The position numbers were made by a program, and so were the translations under genes. Source: an uncultured Gammaproteobacteria bacterium (GTDB lineage Bacteria > Pseudomonadota > Gammaproteobacteria > UBA9214). Taken from it: DNA of 64,000 bases. The notes beneath the pieces were generated by a model. The model did not search any database and was not told where the DNA came from. It was given only the letters and a program-made list of their open reading frames with translations. Shown piece by piece: positions 27,450 through 36,825 of the stretch. Each line of letters begins with the position of its first letter. Within the stretch, counting starts at the first letter, position 1. The stretch is taken from positions 64,001 through 128,000 of the forward strand of contig CAVYZN010000032.1 in assembly GCA_963773065.1 (NCBI GenBank). The letters run 5' to 3'.

Positions 27450-27654
27450 TTCTATGCGGCTCTGACAACCGGGAGAACTCCGGCACCCAACCATGCCCAA
27501 TCGGCAGCCCAGAGAATCAGGCCGACATAAAACCCGGGTGACCCGCTATCATCCCCACGCCCCGCAGACAGGGATACGGACCGCCTTCCCGAAACCCGAC
27601 CACCAGCACATCAAGCAATGCTCTGGGCGCCCCCGTTTCGCTTTATTTGAGTGC

Positions 27655-28185
27655 TCACGGTGGGAGAGTGGATTTTGAGTTCAACCAGGCGATGATAAAC
27701 GCGGCGATGGCGCCGGCGTCGTTGAGGTCCAGCACCGGCAGGGCGCCGGCATCGAGGGGGTAGTCGCAGGCGACGGCGATGATGTTGGGATCGTCGGGGT
27801 GCAGCAGCGGGTGGCCGAGGGCTTGGCGGTGCAGTTCGATCTTGGGAAACGGCACGTGGCGGAAGCCTTCGACCAGCACCAGGTCGACGGTCTCGGGATC
27901 GAGCCGGGCGAGGAGGGTGTCGAGGTCGGGGTCGTCCGCCTCGGGGGTTTCCGTGATCAGCGCCCAGCGGCGGGCGGAGGCGACCAGCACCTGGGGTGCG
28001 CCCGCCTTGCGCAACTCGTAGCTGTCCTTGCCCGGGATGTCGATGTCGAACGTCGTGGTGCGCGTGCTTGATGATGCCGATGCGCAGGCCCTGCTGCGCG
28101 AGCAGCGGGATGAGTTTGCGGAGCAGCGTGGTCTTGCCGGTGCCGCTGAAGGCGGCGAAGCCGAGCACCGGCAGGACGGCTTCAT
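27655..28185 (-). CDS. mobB: Molybdopterin-guanine dinucleotide biosynthesis protein B (frameshifted)
   Basis: GFAAFSGTGKTTLL, IKHAHH, FDIDIPGKDSYELRKAGA, LVLVEGFRH. Confidence 0.88.
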   Translation of the reverse strand: MKPSCRCSASPPSAAPARPRCSANSSRCSRSRACASASSSTRTTTFDIDIPGKDSYELRKAGAPQVLVASARRWALITETPEADDPDLDTLLARLDPETVDLVLVEGFRHVPFPKIELHRQALGHPLLHPDDPNIIAVACDYPLDAGALPVLDLNDAGAIAAFIIAWLNSKSTLPP

Positions 28186-28545
28186 GAGTGCGTGCCCGGC
28201 GGGAAACAGCAGGCGGGCCGGGTAGCCGGGCTGGAGGATGCAGCCGTTGACGAGGCGGGCGTAGTCCTCGCGCACCCCGCGCAGCAGGATCACGCCGGAG
28301 AGGGCGAGTCCCGGCAGCAGCAACAGCGCGATGAGCGGCAGGTAGGCGGCCTGCAGCAGCGTGGCGGCGAGCGGCAAGAGATAAAGCGGCCAACTGAACA
28401 GCAGCCCACGAAGGCCGTGCTTGAGGCCGAGGAGCAGGCGCGCGATGGCGCGGCGCAGGCGCTGCCGCGGCGAGTGGTACACGGCGAGGAACACGCCGCG
28501 CTCGAAGTCGTTGCGGATGTCGGCGAGGCGTTTGGGTGCGTTCAT
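28182..28545 (-). CDS. Small two-TM hypothetical protein
   Basis: MNAPKRLADIRNDFERG with two hydrophobic helices; 3' end uncertain. Confidence 0.55.
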
Positions 28546-28557
28546 AGAAGAAGCGAT

Positions 28558-28754
28558 TTCACCGCAGAGACGCAAAGAACGCAAAGCAATTCTATGGATT
28601 TTTGTTAAGGACTCTCTGAGCATGTCATCCCCGCGAAAGCGGGGATCCAGTAAGCCAACGATCCGGTAAAGATTGGATTCCCGCTTTCGCGGGAATGACA
28701 GGCTTAATCAGAGACAAAATAATTCCTTTGCGTCCTTTGCGTCTTTGCGGTGAA
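28558..28754. repeat. Nested REP-like element (outer TTCACCGCAGAGACGCAAAG arms, inner GTCATCCCCGCG doublet)
   Basis: Outer arms 28558-28586 and 28726-28754; inner 28623-28700. Confidence 0.85.
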
Positions 28755-28776
28755 TAGTATCTTTTCTATATGGCCG

Positions 28777-30622
28777 CTAATGGCACTCGGGCAGGACGCC
28801 GACCTGGGGCATGCGGGCGAGGCCGGTCTCGCGGGCGTGCTGCTCGAAGCCCTTGTTGCGCCAGAAGAACGCGCCGGGCATCGTGGTGGGGATGACGAGG
28901 GCGTAGAACAGGGCGCGGCCGATGAGCGCGGTCGCGAACACGCTGATGGCCGCGCCCGCCCACAGCAGCAGGCCGGGGAGGCCGCCGGGGTGCAGCACGG
29001 CGATGAGCGCGAGCAGGACCATCGACAGGGCGAGGCCCGCGTTGCGCAGCCAGTAGGTGTTGCCGAAGGTGGTGCGCTGTTCGTGCATGCGAGGCCTCGC
29101 CCTCGCCGCCGCCGCGGCGCAGGTCGCGCGCATGGCAGTAGAGGCCGACGGCCTCCAGCGCCAGGCCAAGCAGCATCACCGCGGCGAGCGCGCCCGCGGT
29201 CGCCGCCCACGGCAGGTCCTGCGCGGTCTGTACCACGGCAAGCGTCAGCGCGACGAGCAGCGGTCCCAGCGCCAGCATGTTGCCGTAGAACGCCGTCAGC
29301 ACCTGCCAGTGGTTCCAGAAAGGGCGGGCCGGGATGCGGTAGATGCGGTGCATGAAATAGAGCGCGGCGAGGCCGGAGACGGCGGCGCCCCAGCCGGTCA
29401 ACTGCGCGAGCAGCGTGCGCTCGCGCCGTGCGGCAGCCAGGTAAACAGCATCGGCAGGCCGGTCAGCAGCGCATAGGCGCCGAGGAAATTGTAGAACACG
29501 GCGATGCCGGCCACTTCCCGGCTGACCGGCGAGTAGCGCAGGTTGTTGAACGCGCGGTAGAAGCGGTGCGGGCGGCCGAGGTGCAGGGTGGAGAGCACCA
29601 GCGCCAGGGTCTGCGCTCCGATGAGCCCGAAGAGGAGCAGCGGGCGGGCGACCGGGTGGCTCGCCGCATCGAGCGTCTCAACGCCGAACAGCGGTCCGAG
29701 GAACAGGGTGAGGAAGGCGCCGATCACCGCCTGCGAGACCAGCGTGAACACCACCAGCGGGTCCTCGCGGGTGCGCAGTTTCTTGAAGCTCCAGGCGCGC
29801 TCATTCGAGCCGGCGGCGACGCGGGGCCGGTAGCCGCCGCCCGGCGCCTGCGTATCGCGCTCGTAGCGCAGCGGCAGGCTGTCCGGGCGCGTCGAGTTCG
29901 CGCGGCAGGCTCTTCGTCTGCTGGAAGCGGATGTTGGGGTGGGTGATCTCCGGCGCGGGAAAGCCCGGGATGCGCGTCTGCAACTGGTCGCGCTGCGCCG
30001 GCGTGGTCTCGATGATGCCGAAGTCGAGCGCCCCGGCGAGGCAGGCGGCGACGCAGGCGGGCTTCAGTCCCACCTCCAGCCGGTCCACGCACATGTTGCA
30101 CTTGGACACATGCCCGGCCTTGGTGTCGAGCTGCGGCGCGTTGTAGGGACACACCCAGGTGCAGTAGCCGCAGCCGAAGCAGATATCCGGGTCCTGCAGC
30201 ACGGCGCCGTACTCGGCGAACTTGGTGTAGGCGCGCGTCGGGCAGCCCTTCAGGCACACCGGGTCGTCGCAGTGATTGCAGGCCATGGAGATGTTGAGGC
30301 GCTGGTAGGCCGGCCAGGCGCCGCCCTCGACGTAGCCGACCGAGCGGAAGGCGATATGCGCCGGCAGATCGTTCTTCTCCGAACAGGCCGCCTCGCAGGC
30401 ATGGCAGGCGATGCAGTGGTCGGCGTTGAAATAGAAGCCGTGCTGCTTGTAGCGGTTGGGGTTGGCGGAGACCGCGCCGTCGCCGTTGATGTTGAGCGAC
30501 TCCCCGCGCAGCGCATGGCCCGGCGGCACCGTCTCGATCGGCGTGCCGTAGCGGTTGGTCGCCGGGTGCGTCACATCCGGGACGAACGCATAGGCCGGTT
30601 CGTTGGGGCGCGGTTCAAACAT
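28777..30622 (-). CDS. 4Fe-4S dicluster ferredoxin fused to a DmsC/YnfH-type membrane anchor (frameshifted)
   Basis: CIACHACEAAC, CNHCDDPVC..CP, CFGCGYCTWVC, KCNMC..C; then LSTLHLGRP and SPVSRE among many TM helices. Confidence 0.85.
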
Positions 30623-30650
30623 GGCCGCTACCGGAATCATCGGTAGTAAA

Positions 30651-30900
30651 TGTAGGAGCGGGTTAGCGCTTTTTGCGTAACCCACCAGGCGTTGCGCCGC
30701 AACACAACGCATTTTTTTAATGAGTGCCAGGCGGCACAGCCGGTGGGTTACGGCACCAACGGCGTGCCTAACCCACCCTACATGAATGATGGAACCGCCT
30801 GCATCCGTAGCGCGGAGGGAGCGCAGCGTAATCCGGGGATCAATGTCGCTTTGCATCGCTCCGCGGATTACGGCCTGCGGCCTTCATCGCGGGAATACGG
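30651..30900. repeat. GTAG-type REP doublets
   Basis: TGTAGG..GGGTTAGCG..CGTAACCCACC and GGTGGGTTACG..TAACCCACCCTACA; partial copy at 41768-41820; second doublet 30805-30900. Confidence 0.75.
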
Positions 30901-30921
30901 GTTTCAGAGATTCTTTAATCA

Positions 30922-33108
30922 TCAGAACGCCCGCGCCGCGAGGTTGCGCTCCGCGGCGGCGGCCTGGTCGTCGGACGGTTCGATGCGCACGGCGCACTGC
31001 TTGTAGGCCGGCTGGCGCGAATGCGGGTCGAGCAGGCCGAGGGTGAGGCGGTTGACGCATTCATGGTAATGGAAGGGGATGAACACGCTGTCGCGCGCGA
31101 CGCGCTGCGTGCATTGCACCATCACCACCGCGTCGCCGCGGCGCGAGGTGAGCCGCGCGTAAGCGCCGTGTTCGATGCCGAGTTCCGCCGCCGCGTCGGG
31201 GTTCATCTCCATGTACGGCGTCGGGCTGAACTTGTTGGCGTTGGCCACCTTGCCGGTGCGCGTGCGGGTGTGGAAGTGCTCGACCACGCGGCCGGAATTG
31301 AGCCAGAAGGGATAGGCCGCGTCGGGGCGCTCGTTGTTGTCGATGAAGGGCAGCGCGATCAGCTTCGCCCGGCCGCCGGGATAGGGGAACACGCCGTCGG
31401 TGTAGAGGCGCGGCGAGCCCTGCGGCGCGGTCTCCTCGTTGCACGGCCACTGCAGGCCGCGGTGGCGTTCGATCTTCTCGTAGCTCATGCCCGAGTAGTC
31501 CAGCAGGCGGCCTTTGGACAGCACCTTCAGCTCGTCGAACACGCCCTCGGCGGTTTCCGGAAAGTTGATGCGGCGGCCCTGCTCGAAGCGCTTGGCGACC
31601 TGGTTGAAGATCCACAGGTCGGCCTTCGACTCGCCGTGCGGCTCGCACACGTTGCGGATCAGGTTGACGCGGCGCTCGGTGTTGGTGAAGCAGCCTTCCT
31701 TTTCCGCCCACACCGCCGCCGGCAGGAACACGTGCGCGTATTCGTTGGTCTCGACGTCGCGGTAGGCGTCCTGCACCACCAGGAACTCGAGCTTCTCCAG
31801 CGTCCTGCGGATGCGCGGGGTGTTCGCCATCGAGGTCATGGGGTTGGTGGCGATGAGCCACAGTCCCTTGATCTGCCCGGTTTCGATCGCGGGCAGGATG
31901 TCGGTCATGAAGAGCCCGCGTTGCTTCGGAAAGAACTCCGGATCGATGCCCCAGAATCCGGCGATGTCCCGGCGGTCCTGTTCCTTCTCGAGGTAACGGT
32001 AGCCCGGCAGGCCGGAACACGACGACCATTCGCGCGTGCCCATGGCGTTGCACTGCCCGGTGATGGAGAGGCTCGAACCGCCGGGCTTGCCGATGTTGCC
32101 GGTGATGAGGCTCAAGTTGTTGATGGCGACCACGCCGTCGGAGCCGTGGGTGCTCTGGTTGATGCCCATGGTCCAGATGGTCATCGCGGCGCCGGCTTTG
32201 GCATAGAGGCGCGCGACGTGGCGGATGGTGTCCTCGTCGATGCCGCAGAGCTTCGCGGCGCTCACCGGGTCGTACTGTTTGACGAGATCCGCGAAGGCCT
32301 CGAAGCCCTCGGTGTGCGCCTCGATATAGGCGCGGTCCTCAAGCCCCTCCGCGAGGATCACGTGCGCGAGCGCGTTCAACAGCACGAGATCGGTGCCGGG
32401 CGCGATGGGCAGATGCAGATCGGCGTGCTGCGCGAACATCGTCACGCGCGGGTCGACCACGATGACGGGGAAGCGGCGCTGCTCCAGCGCCTGGGTGAGC
32501 CGCCAGTAGATGATCGGGTGCTGCTCGGGCAGGTTGGAGCCGAAGGCGAGCAGGCAGCCGGTGTGCTCGAAATCCTCGTAGCAGCCCGGCGGGCCGTCGG
32601 AGCCGAAGGAGCGCTTGTAGCCCGAGACCGCCGAGGACATGCACAGGGTGGTGTTGCCGTCGTAGTTGTTGGTGCCGATGACGCCGCGCGCGAGCTTGCC
32701 CAGCGTGTAGAACTCCTCGGTCATGATCTGGCCGGTGGAGACGATGGCGAAGGCGTCGCGCCCGTAAGTCTTCTGGATGCGCTGGATTTCCGCGGCGGTT
32801 TTGTCGAGCGCCGCATCCCAGCCCGTCTCCTGAAAGTCCTCCCAGCGGTGCTCGCGCAGCAGCGGCGTGTCGCCGCGCCCGGCGGTCTTGCGGAACAGTT
32901 CGTGTTCGAAGATGCCCTTGATGCACAGCTTGCCGCGGTTCACGTCGGCGTCGGCGACGCCGCGCGAGGCGACCGGCTCGCCCGCGGCGGTCAGGCCGAC
33001 CTCGATGGAACAGCCGGTGGAGCAGTAGCCGCAGGTGGCGTAGCGCCATTCGGCCACGCCCTTGTCGGCGATCTTGATCGGGTTCTTCCTGCGGCGTCCG
33101 AACAGCAT
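30922..33108 (-). CDS. NasA-like molybdopterin nitrate reductase catalytic subunit
   Basis: CGYCSTGC..LCIKG FeS motif, NTTLCMSSA, ITGQCNAMG, AEKEGCFTNTERR, QPAYKQCAV. Confidence 0.85.
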   Translation of the reverse strand: MLFGRRRKNPIKIADKGVAEWRYATCGYCSTGCSIEVGLTAAGEPVASRGVADADVNRGKLCIKGIFEHELFRKTAGRGDTPLLREHRWEDFQETGWDAALDKTAAEIQRIQKTYGRDAFAIVSTGQIMTEEFYTLGKLARGVIGTNNYDGNTTLCMSSAVSGYKRSFGSDGPPGCYEDFEHTGCLLAFGSNLPEQHPIIYWRLTQALEQRRFPVIVVDPRVTMFAQHADLHLPIAPGTDLVLLNALAHVILAEGLEDRAYIEAHTEGFEAFADLVKQYDPVSAAKLCGIDEDTIRHVARLYAKAGAAMTIWTMGINQSTHGSDGVVAINNLSLITGNIGKPGGSSLSITGQCNAMGTREWSSCSGLPGYRYLEKEQDRRDIAGFWGIDPEFFPKQRGLFMTDILPAIETGQIKGLWLIATNPMTSMANTPRIRRTLEKLEFLVVQDAYRDVETNEYAHVFLPAAVWAEKEGCFTNTERRVNLIRNVCEPHGESKADLWIFNQVAKRFEQGRRINFPETAEGVFDELKVLSKGRLLDYSGMSYEKIERHRGLQWPCNEETAPQGSPRLYTDGVFPYPGGRAKLIALPFIDNNERPDAAYPFWLNSGRVVEHFHTRTRTGKVANANKFSPTPYMEMNPDAAAELGIEHGAYARLTSRRGDAVVMVQCTQRVARDSVFIPFHYHECVNRLTLGLLDPHSRQPAYKQCAVRIEPSDDQAAAAERNLAARAF

Positions 33109-33130
33109 GGCGTGCCGGTTACCGGCCGGC

Positions 33131-33460
33131 TCAGGCCGCGGCCTCTTCGGCGTGCAGCGCGAGGTACACCCGCCCGTTCTCGATTCTGACGGCGTAGCGG
33201 TTGGTGCAGCCTTCGTCCGGGCCCAGCGCCTTGCCGCTCGCCAGATCGATTTTCCAGTTGTGCAGCGGGCAGGTGACGGTGGTGCCATGGACGATGCCTT
33301 GCGACAGGGGTCCCTGCTTGTGCGGGCAGGAGTCGCGCAGCGCGAACACCTCGTCGGTGGCGGTGCGGAACAGGGCGATGTCCATGGTGTCGGTGCGCAG
33401 CACCCGCGCGCCGAGGCGCGGGATGTCTTCCAGTCTGGCGATTTCGGTCCATTTGCTCAT
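33131..33460 (-). CDS. nirD: Nitrite reductase small Rieske subunit
   Basis: CPHKQGPLSQG..CPLHNW. Confidence 0.93.
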   Translation of the reverse strand: MSKWTEIARLEDIPRLGARVLRTDTMDIALFRTATDEVFALRDSCPHKQGPLSQGIVHGTTVTCPLHNWKIDLASGKALGPDEGCTNRYAVRIENGRVYLALHAEEAAA

Positions 33461-33495
33461 GAGGGTTGCTCGTTTGAAATCCGGATGGTTATTCA

Positions 33496-33721
33496 TTCAC
33501 CGCAGAGGCGCCGAGGACGCGAAGCAGAACGAATTGTTAAAACATTCAGGGCGTCGCGAAAATTGCGGTACCCGCCTGTAGGAGCGGGCTTGCCCGCGAA
33601 GACGACTGTTCCGGCAAGTCAACCAGTTCGCGGGCAAGCCCGCTCCTACATTGGGTTGAATTCAAGATTTTCGATATGCCCATTTGTTTTTACTCTGCGT
33701 CCTTTGCGTCTCTGCGGTGAA
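33496..33721. repeat. Nested REP-like element (outer TTCACCGCAGAG arms, inner perfect 24-bp GTAG inverted repeat)
   Basis: Outer 33496-33524 and 33693-33721; inner TGTAGGAGCGGGCTTGCCCGCGAA at 33577-33600 and 33627-33650. Confidence 0.85.
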
Positions 33722-33744
33722 AACGCCGTTGATTCGTGCCGCGA

Positions 33745-36180
33745 TCAGCCGGTGATCCGCAGCGGCGTGAACTCATGGTGTTCGGCGCCCTCGGCGCGCT
33801 CCTTCCAGGGGTCGATCTGGGCGAAGCCCTGCGAATAGTCGAAGCGCGCGGCGAGTTCCTTGCGGCCCGGTTCGTCATCGAGCAGGCGGCTCTTGATGTA
33901 GCTGAGACTCACCCGTTCCACCCACGGGGCGGTGCGCTCCAGGTAGTGGGCCTCCTCGCGGTAGAGCTGGATGAAGGCGGCGCAGTACTCCATCACCTCC
34001 GCCTCGGTATCGACCTTGACGAGCAGGTCGGTGACGCGCACCTTGATGCCGCCGTTGCCGCCGACGTGCAGCTCGTAGCCGGAGTCCACGCACACCACGC
34101 CGAAGTCCTTGATGGTCGCCTCGGCGCAGTTGCGCGGGCAGCCGGAGACCGCCATCTTGAACTTGTGCGGCATCCACGAGCCCCAGGTCATTTGCTCCAG
34201 CACGACGCCCAGCCCGGTCGAGTCCTGCGTGCCGAAGCGGCACCAGTTCTTGCCGGCGCAGGTCTTCACCGTGCGCAGCGCCTTGCCGTAGGCATGACCC
34301 GACACCAGCCCGGCCCGCGACAGATCGGCCCACATCCGCGGCAGGTCCTCCTTCTTCACGCCGAACATGTCGATGCGCTGGCCGCCGGTGACCTTGACCT
34401 CGGGCACCTGGTACTTGTCGCAGGCAGCGGCGATGGCGCGCAGCTCGTCCGGCTTGCACAGCCCGCCGAAGAAGCGCGGCACCACCGAGTAGCTGCCGTC
34501 CTTCTGGATGTTGCCGTGGGCGCGCTCGTTGATGAAGCGCGACTGGGCGTCGTCATCGTACTCGCCCGGCCAGTAGGCCAGCAGGTAATAGTTGAGCGCC
34601 GGGCGGCAGACGTGGCAGCCGTCGGGCGTCTTCCATTCGAGGAACCCGCGCACCGCCGCCATGTTCTTCAGGCCATTGGTCTTGATCGCGGCGATGATCT
34701 CGTCGTGGCTGTATTCCGTGCATTTGCACAGCGGCTGCCTGTTGGGCGCGGCGTCGTAGCCTTCGCCGACGGTGCCGGAGAGCAGCGCCTCGACCAGCCC
34801 GGTGCAGGAGCCGCAGGAACTGGATGCCTTGGTGTGGGCGCGCACATCCTCCAGCGTGAACAGGCCCTGCCGGGTGATGGCCTTGACGATGGCGCCCTTG
34901 CACACGCCGTTGCAGCCGCAGATCTCGGCGGAATCGGGCAGGGCCATGACCCGGGTTTCGACGCCGTGACCGGCATCCCCCAGGTCGTGCTGGCCGAACA
35001 GGATGGTCTTGCGGAAGTCGGCGATGCTGGTGCCTTCGCGCATCAACTGGAAGTACCAGGTGCCGTCGATGGTGTCGCCGTAGAGCACGGCGCCCTTGAT
35101 GCGGTTGTCGCGCACGACCAGCTTCTTGTAGGTGCCCGCGGCCGAGTCCTGCATGAGCAGGACCTCGTCATTCGCCGACTCGTTGAATTCGCCGGCGGAA
35201 AACAGGTCGATGCCGGTGACCTTGAGCTTGGTGGAGGTCACCGAGCCTTCGTAACGGGCGTAGCCGAGGTTGGCGAGATGATTGGCGGCGACCCTGCCCT
35301 GGTCGAACAGCGGCGCGACCAGTCCGTAGGCGATGCCGCGATGCTGGGCGCATTCGCCCACGGCATAGATGCTCGGATCGTAGGTCTGCAGGGTGTCGTT
35401 CACGACGATGCCGCGCTCGCAGTAGAGACCGGCCTGCCGGGCCAGATCGGTGTTCGGCACGATGCCCACGCCCATGACGACCAGGTCGGCCGCGACTTCG
35501 CTGCCGTCCTTGAAGCGCACGCCGCGCACCCGGCCGTTGCCGAGGATTTCCGCGGTTTGCGCCTCCATGAGAAACGTGAGGCCGCGCGCTTCCAGCGAGC
35601 GCTTGAGCAGGGCGGCGGCAGGCTTGTCGAGCTGGCGCTCCATCAGGCGGTCGAGCAGATGCACGACCGTCACCTCCATGCCCTGTTTCATCAACCCGTT
35701 GGCGGCCTCGAGTCCCAGCAGTCCGCCGCCGATCACCACCGCCTTGCTGTAATCCCGGCTCGCCTGCAGCATCCTATCGACGTCGTGGATGTCGCGGAAG
35801 GCGATGACGCCGTCGAGGTCCCGGCCCGGCACCGGGATCATGAAGGGATGGGAGCCGGTGGCGAGCAGCAGGCGGTCGTAGCGGACCGTGGTGCCGTCCG
35901 CGGCGATGACGCGGCGCCTCACCCGGTCGATCTCGGTGACCTTGTTGCCTTTATAAAGGGTGATGCCGTGGTCCCGGTACCAGGCGTCGTCGTTCAGCAT
36001 GATGTCATCGACGGTCTTCTCGCCGGCCAGCAGCGGGGAGAGCAGGATGCGGTTGTAATTGCCGTAGGGCTCCGCGCCGAACACCGTGATGTCATAGCGA
36101 TCCGGCGCCAGCTTCAGCAATTCTTCCAGGGTTCGCACGCCGGCCATTCCGTTTCCGACCAGCACCAGTTGTTCTCTCAT
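33745..36180 (-). CDS. nirB: NAD(P)H nitrite reductase large subunit
   Basis: GNGMAG, GGGLLGLE, ICGCNGV, NERAHGNIQKDG, KTCAG..CRFG, SGCPRNC. Confidence 0.96.
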   Translation of the reverse strand: MREQLVLVGNGMAGVRTLEELLKLAPDRYDITVFGAEPYGNYNRILLSPLLAGEKTVDDIMLNDDAWYRDHGITLYKGNKVTEIDRVRRRVIAADGTTVRYDRLLLATGSHPFMIPVPGRDLDGVIAFRDIHDVDRMLQASRDYSKAVVIGGGLLGLEAANGLMKQGMEVTVVHLLDRLMERQLDKPAAALLKRSLEARGLTFLMEAQTAEILGNGRVRGVRFKDGSEVAADLVVMGVGIVPNTDLARQAGLYCERGIVVNDTLQTYDPSIYAVGECAQHRGIAYGLVAPLFDQGRVAANHLANLGYARYEGSVTSTKLKVTGIDLFSAGEFNESANDEVLLMQDSAAGTYKKLVVRDNRIKGAVLYGDTIDGTWYFQLMREGTSIADFRKTILFGQHDLGDAGHGVETRVMALPDSAEICGCNGVCKGAIVKAITRQGLFTLEDVRAHTKASSSCGSCTGLVEALLSGTVGEGYDAAPNRQPLCKCTEYSHDEIIAAIKTNGLKNMAAVRGFLEWKTPDGCHVCRPALNYYLLAYWPGEYDDDAQSRFINERAHGNIQKDGSYSVVPRFFGGLCKPDELRAIAAACDKYQVPEVKVTGGQRIDMFGVKKEDLPRMWADLSRAGLVSGHAYGKALRTVKTCAGKNWCRFGTQDSTGLGVVLEQMTWGSWMPHKFKMAVSGCPRNCAEATIKDFGVVCVDSGYELHVGGNGGIKVRVTDLLVKVDTEAEVMEYCAAFIQLYREEAHYLERTAPWVERVSLSYIKSRLLDDEPGRKELAARFDYSQGFAQIDPWKERAEGAEHHEFTPLRITG

Positions 36181-36223
36181 GGAGTCACCGCGGTTGCTTG
36201 ATGAACAGATCATCAAGTAAAAG

Positions 36224-36240
36224 AGCAAGGGTCATGCCAA
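36224..36240 (-). promoter_or_regulatory. Sigma54 promoter of the nirB operon
   Basis: TTGGCATGACCCTTGCT (GG-N10-GC). Confidence 0.8.
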
Positions 36241-36335
36241 TAGCGCGGTTCGCGGTATCGGGTTCCTATGTGGCTGTATTTGCATTGTTATACATCTCAT
36301 GCGCTGAATCATGGAGTGTCTGTCGTATCGTGATG

Positions 36336-36352
36336 CGCACCAAACATGTGCA
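36336..36352. promoter_or_regulatory. NtrC-like binding site
   Basis: CGCACCAAACATGTGCA resembles TGCAC-N7-GTGCA, about 100 bp upstream of the sigma54 site. Confidence 0.6.
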
Positions 36353-36717
36353 GCCCCGGTCATGGCGCATGCCTTGTTAGTGCGTGTCATTGCCTGGGCA
36401 TTCAATGAGGCAAATCCCACTGCCGGCTCCGCCGCCGCACCAGGGTGGAACGTCCGCACGGCTTGCGTTCGTACCGCAAGGCGCGATCGGCGGTGTCATC
36501 CAGATGAATTTCTGCACGCTCGTCCTTATGTGAACCCATCGGCATGCCACGGCGAATGACAGGCAGGCTTTCAGCCCGTGAATGCGCCGCTTCTGCATCA
36601 AACTGGTTCCACCCGGCCGTACGGGTGCACTACATCTGTGCGATTCATGCTCCGATGTCCACGCCGCATTCCGCCGTCGATTCATTTTTCATCGAGAAAC
36701 TAAGGGATTAGTGGATA

Positions 36718-36733
36718 CGGCATGCTTTCTGCT
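36718..36733 (+). promoter_or_regulatory. Putative sigma54 promoter of nrtA
   Basis: CGGCATGCTTTCTGCT (GG-N10-GC). Confidence 0.55.
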
Positions 36734-36825
36734 GTTGCTTGTCCGAAAACTTGTTCAAACCTTCTGCATCCGGAGCAACGATGAGAATTTACAGCGATAC
36801 GGTATGCGCCACGCGGCGCAGGTTG

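Noticed and set aside
33080-33108. Tat signal in MLFGRRRK of the Mo subunit
   Set aside because: No hydrophobic region or cleavage site follows; the FeS motif begins about 25 residues in.
31021-36201. Long plus-strand ORFs of 722 and 821 aa, and similar ones opposite kdpD, uca and the kinase
   Set aside because: Antisense shadows of GC3-rich genes with no recognisable motifs.
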